From the NCBI GenBank assembly GCA_947449535.1, contig CANFRP010000006.1, forward strand, positions 1,052-65,051: 64,000 nt of DNA, written 5' to 3'. This document shows, piece by piece, positions 61,879 through 64,000 of this stretch; within the stretch, counting starts at the first letter, position 1, and every line of letters begins with the position of its first letter. The DNA comes from Actinomycetota bacterium (GTDB lineage Bacteria > Actinomycetota > Actinomycetes > Nanopelagicales > Nanopelagicaceae). A program made the position numbers and the translations under genes. Under the pieces are notes generated by a model. That model had not been told where the DNA came from. It was given only the letters and a program-made list of their open reading frames with translations, and did not search any database.

Positions 61879-63395
61879 TACTTATTTGCCTCTTTTGCAT
61901 AGTCACGCCTATTAGCTGCTCTCACAATATTGCGAATCATGGTCGGGAATACAAATGTATGAAGCGGCAAAATTGAATACCAGTACACCGCCCCGCCCAA
62001 ACCACGAGGTTGAAAAGAGGCGTTCTGAGTAATTTTTCGCATCTCAACGCCATTTTCGATCACATCTTCAATGGTGAATTCGAGCCAGGCTTTTCCAGGC
62101 AGAACCATTTCGGCATAGAGCTTGAGTGAGTTGGGGGGTGAAAGTTCTTCTACTCGCCAAAAATCTAAACCATCACCAATGCGCAAATGCACTGGATCCC
62201 GGCGGCCTCGACGAAGTCCCACGCCGCCCACCATTCGATCAAGTACTCCACGAATTAGCCATAAGAAATCTGCCCCGTACCAACCTTTTTCTCCACCAAT
62301 GGATTCCACGCATTCCCACAGACTTTGATGTGATGCGCTAGTTATTTTAATTTTCTTATCTTCAAAAAGAGTTGCCCCAGCCCAATCGGGATCGCCCTGT
62401 GCTTTTTGCCATGGCGCAGTCGGAAAGGCCGCATCTGACCATCTGGTCTCGACATCATTATTATGAACACGAGAGATTGCTAACTCAATTGCTTGGGTCA
62501 GATTGAGCAGACCTTTATCTGGTTCTGGAATAAAGGCAGAAATACTTTTCTTGGGATCTGCTACCACTTCACTAATTAATGAGCCGACGAGCGGTCGAGC
62601 AAGCGAGGTAGGAACTGGTGTCACTAAACCAATCCACAAACTCGAAAGACCAGGCGTGAGAACGGGAACTTTTATGATCCAACGTTTGCGCAAACCAGAA
62701 ATCTTGGCAAAGCGCTGGAGCATATCTCCGTAAGAGAGAATCTCCGGACCGCCCACATCAAATACACCACCGACTGGTTGTGGTAATTCGGCTGCGCGCG
62801 AGAGGTACCACATGATGTCGCGAACTGCGATGGGTTGGGTGCGATTAGAGACCCACTTTGGCACCGTCATAATCGGTAAGCGGTGAGTGAGATGTCGGAG
62901 CATTTCAAAAGATGCAGAGCCTGATCCAATAATAATTCCTGCTCTAATTTCCATTACCGGAACGCTGGTGGATGCTAATTGTTTTCCGGTATTTGCCCGT
63001 GACTCTAAGTGCTTTGAGATATGCGCATCATTTGCAATTCCACCCAGATAAACAATTTGGGAGACGCCGGCTGCATGCGCCGCTTTGGCAAAGTTGTGCG
63101 CCATCTCTGATTCGATCTCATCATAATTTGTCCCATAATTAATGGAATGCAATAAATAGAAAGCAGTATGCACGCCTTGCAATGCCGCCAAGGTTTGCTC
63201 GTAATCACTTGCATTTGCGATCGAAATCTCAACATCATTGACCCAGCTTTGGCCCGAAATTTTTCGCTTATCGCGCACCATCACACGGATAGTGAGATCG
63301 CTATTTTCAAGGAGAAGATGTCGAACTAGTCGTCCGCCGACATATCCTGAGGCGCCGGTCACAAGTATTCGCCGCTTGGGCTGGAGGGAGGTCAT
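61878..63395 (-). CDS. NAD(P)-binding atypical SDR fused to a DUF2867 domain
   Basis: Rossmann motif 'ILVTGASGYVGGRL' directly after Met103 of the track ORF, so the start is set at ATG 63395. The stop overlaps the decarboxylase start. Confidence 0.75.
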   Translation of the reverse strand: MTSLQPKRRILVTGASGYVGGRLVRHLLLENSDLTIRVMVRDKRKISGQSWVNDVEISIANASDYEQTLAALQGVHTAFYLLHSINYGTNYDEIESEMAHNFAKAAHAAGVSQIVYLGGIANDAHISKHLESRANTGKQLASTSVPVMEIRAGIIIGSGSASFEMLRHLTHRLPIMTVPKWVSNRTQPIAVRDIMWYLSRAAELPQPVGGVFDVGGPEILSYGDMLQRFAKISGLRKRWIIKVPVLTPGLSSLWIGLVTPVPTSLARPLVGSLISEVVADPKKSISAFIPEPDKGLLNLTQAIELAISRVHNNDVETRWSDAAFPTAPWQKAQGDPDWAGATLFEDKKIKITSASHQSLWECVESIGGEKGWYGADFLWLIRGVLDRMVGGVGLRRGRRDPVHLRIGDGLDFWRVEELSPPNSLKLYAEMVLPGKAWLEFTIEDVIENGVEMRKITQNASFQPRGLGGAVYWYSILPLHTFVFPTMIRNIVRAANRRDYAKEANK

Positions 63396-63472
63396 GGAAT
63401 TAACAGTAGACTGAGAGCCTGATAAAAAGTAGTTGTAATGAAGCAACTGAAATTCACGTAGGGGACGAATCC

Positions 63473-64000
63473 ATGGCAAAGACTCGAGTAGTAATTCTTG
63501 GTGGTGGTTTTGGTGGACTTGCTGCAGCCAAAGCTCTTGGACGTGATGTCGATGTAACGGTTGTCGATCGCCACAACTACCAAACTTTCTTGCCTCTCCT
63601 CTATCAGGTCTCCACTGCTGGCTTGGCCGCAGATCACGTTGCCTATCCCATCCGGGGCGCCCTTCAAAAAAGTGCTGGAAAATTTCGCATGGGGTCCCCA
63701 ATCGCTATTGATCATAAGAACAAAACCGTAAAACTCGACAGCTCCGAAGTTCTTCCATTTGATCACTTAGTTGTTGCGATGGGTTCGGTAACCGCAGACT
63801 TTGGAACGCCGGGCGTTGAAGAGTTTGCACTGGGAATGAAATCCATCCACGAAGCACTCACAATTCGCGCAGAAGTAATGCGCCGCTTTGAAGATCTCTG
63901 CCGCTTTGAAGATGACACTCTTTTCTCCATCACAGTAATTGGCGGAGGTCCAACTGGTGTTGAAATGGCTGGCGCCCTCGCTGAATTAGTTCGCGGTCCG
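63473..64000 (+). CDS. ndh: Type II NADH dehydrogenase (NDH-2), 3'-partial
   Basis: Not in the ORF track because there is no stop within the window. The ATG at 63473 gives 'MAKTRVVILGGGFGGLAAAKAL...NYQTFLPLLYQV...GGGPTGVEMAGAL'. The frame is open to the window end. Confidence 0.88.
   Translation, partial: MAKTRVVILGGGFGGLAAAKALGRDVDVTVVDRHNYQTFLPLLYQVSTAGLAADHVAYPIRGALQKSAGKFRMGSPIAIDHKNKTVKLDSSEVLPFDHLVVAMGSVTADFGTPGVEEFALGMKSIHEALTIRAEVMRRFEDLCRFEDDTLFSITVIGGGPTGVEMAGALAELVRGP

Noticed and set aside
63396-63701. 102-codon N-terminal extension of the SDR-DUF2867 ORF (track start 63701), and the overlapping 63392..63766 ORF
   Set aside because: The extension is His/Gln/Arg/Trp-rich and not protein-like, and it would run across the ndh start and promoter region. 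The Rossmann motif 'ILVTGASGYVGG' begins right after the internal Met, so ATG 63395 is the sensible start.

Overview
This is a very compact segment, coding nearly wall to wall, with GC in the mid-40s % by eye and no computation. It appears to come from a streamlined actinobacterial chromosome. An acI/Nanopelagicales-like or Luna-like freshwater lineage is my inference from an actinorhodopsin gene plus classic actinobacterial housekeeping synteny. I can support about 63 protein genes, 2 tRNAs (Gln-UUG, Arg-CCU), a CIRCE operator upstream of groEL, several stem-loop terminators and one in-frame coding microsatellite. Content from left to right: a CUT2-type sugar ABC importer. A retinal/rhodopsin module (blh, split lycopene cyclase crtYc/crtYd, a small membrane ORF, a xanthorhodopsin-type actinorhodopsin). 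A housekeeping block udg-ppx-DUF501-ftsB-eno-mazG-lipoprotein-mfd. Then ppc. A secreted LamG/Ig-like protein abutting pth-rplY-tetR-prs-glmU-tRNAGln-ispE-rsmA-tatD-metG-rsmI. Then pmt. A membrane protein / GNAT / truncated MoeA(gephyrin)-like trio. 5-FCL, an acyl-CoA dehydrogenase, a CopC-like protein plus a CopD-CtaG fusion, an FmdB zinc ribbon, MMPL, purU. A peptide ABC importer with an unusual gene order. tRNA-Arg, a saccharopine-dehydrogenase-like protein plus an SDR, an exported Cys/coiled-coil protein, a TAT-Rieske protein, a polytopic GGDEF cyclase, photolyase, citrate synthase, pdxH, serC, MFS, csp, DUF3027, groEL, DUF3263, a PLP decarboxylase plus SDR-DUF2867, and the 5' part of ndh. 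I see no transposases, integrases, phage genes, CRISPR arrays or recognisable defence systems. The candidates most worth a second look are these: (i) the opsin module details (antenna-permissive Gly, the unassigned 79-aa membrane ORF, the leader uORF and palindromes); (ii) a domain-II-deleted, catalytically degenerate MoeA-like protein in the Glp/RimJ/membrane-protein synteny; (iii) a sequon-rich LamG lectin-like exoprotein translationally abutted to pth; (iv) a His-free CopC-like protein with a CopD-CtaG fusion; (v) a lone multi-TM diguanylate cyclase whose stop codon overlaps that of photolyase. None of these is demonstrably a new system from sequence alone. All functional assignments rest on motif recognition and remembered family knowledge, not database searches.
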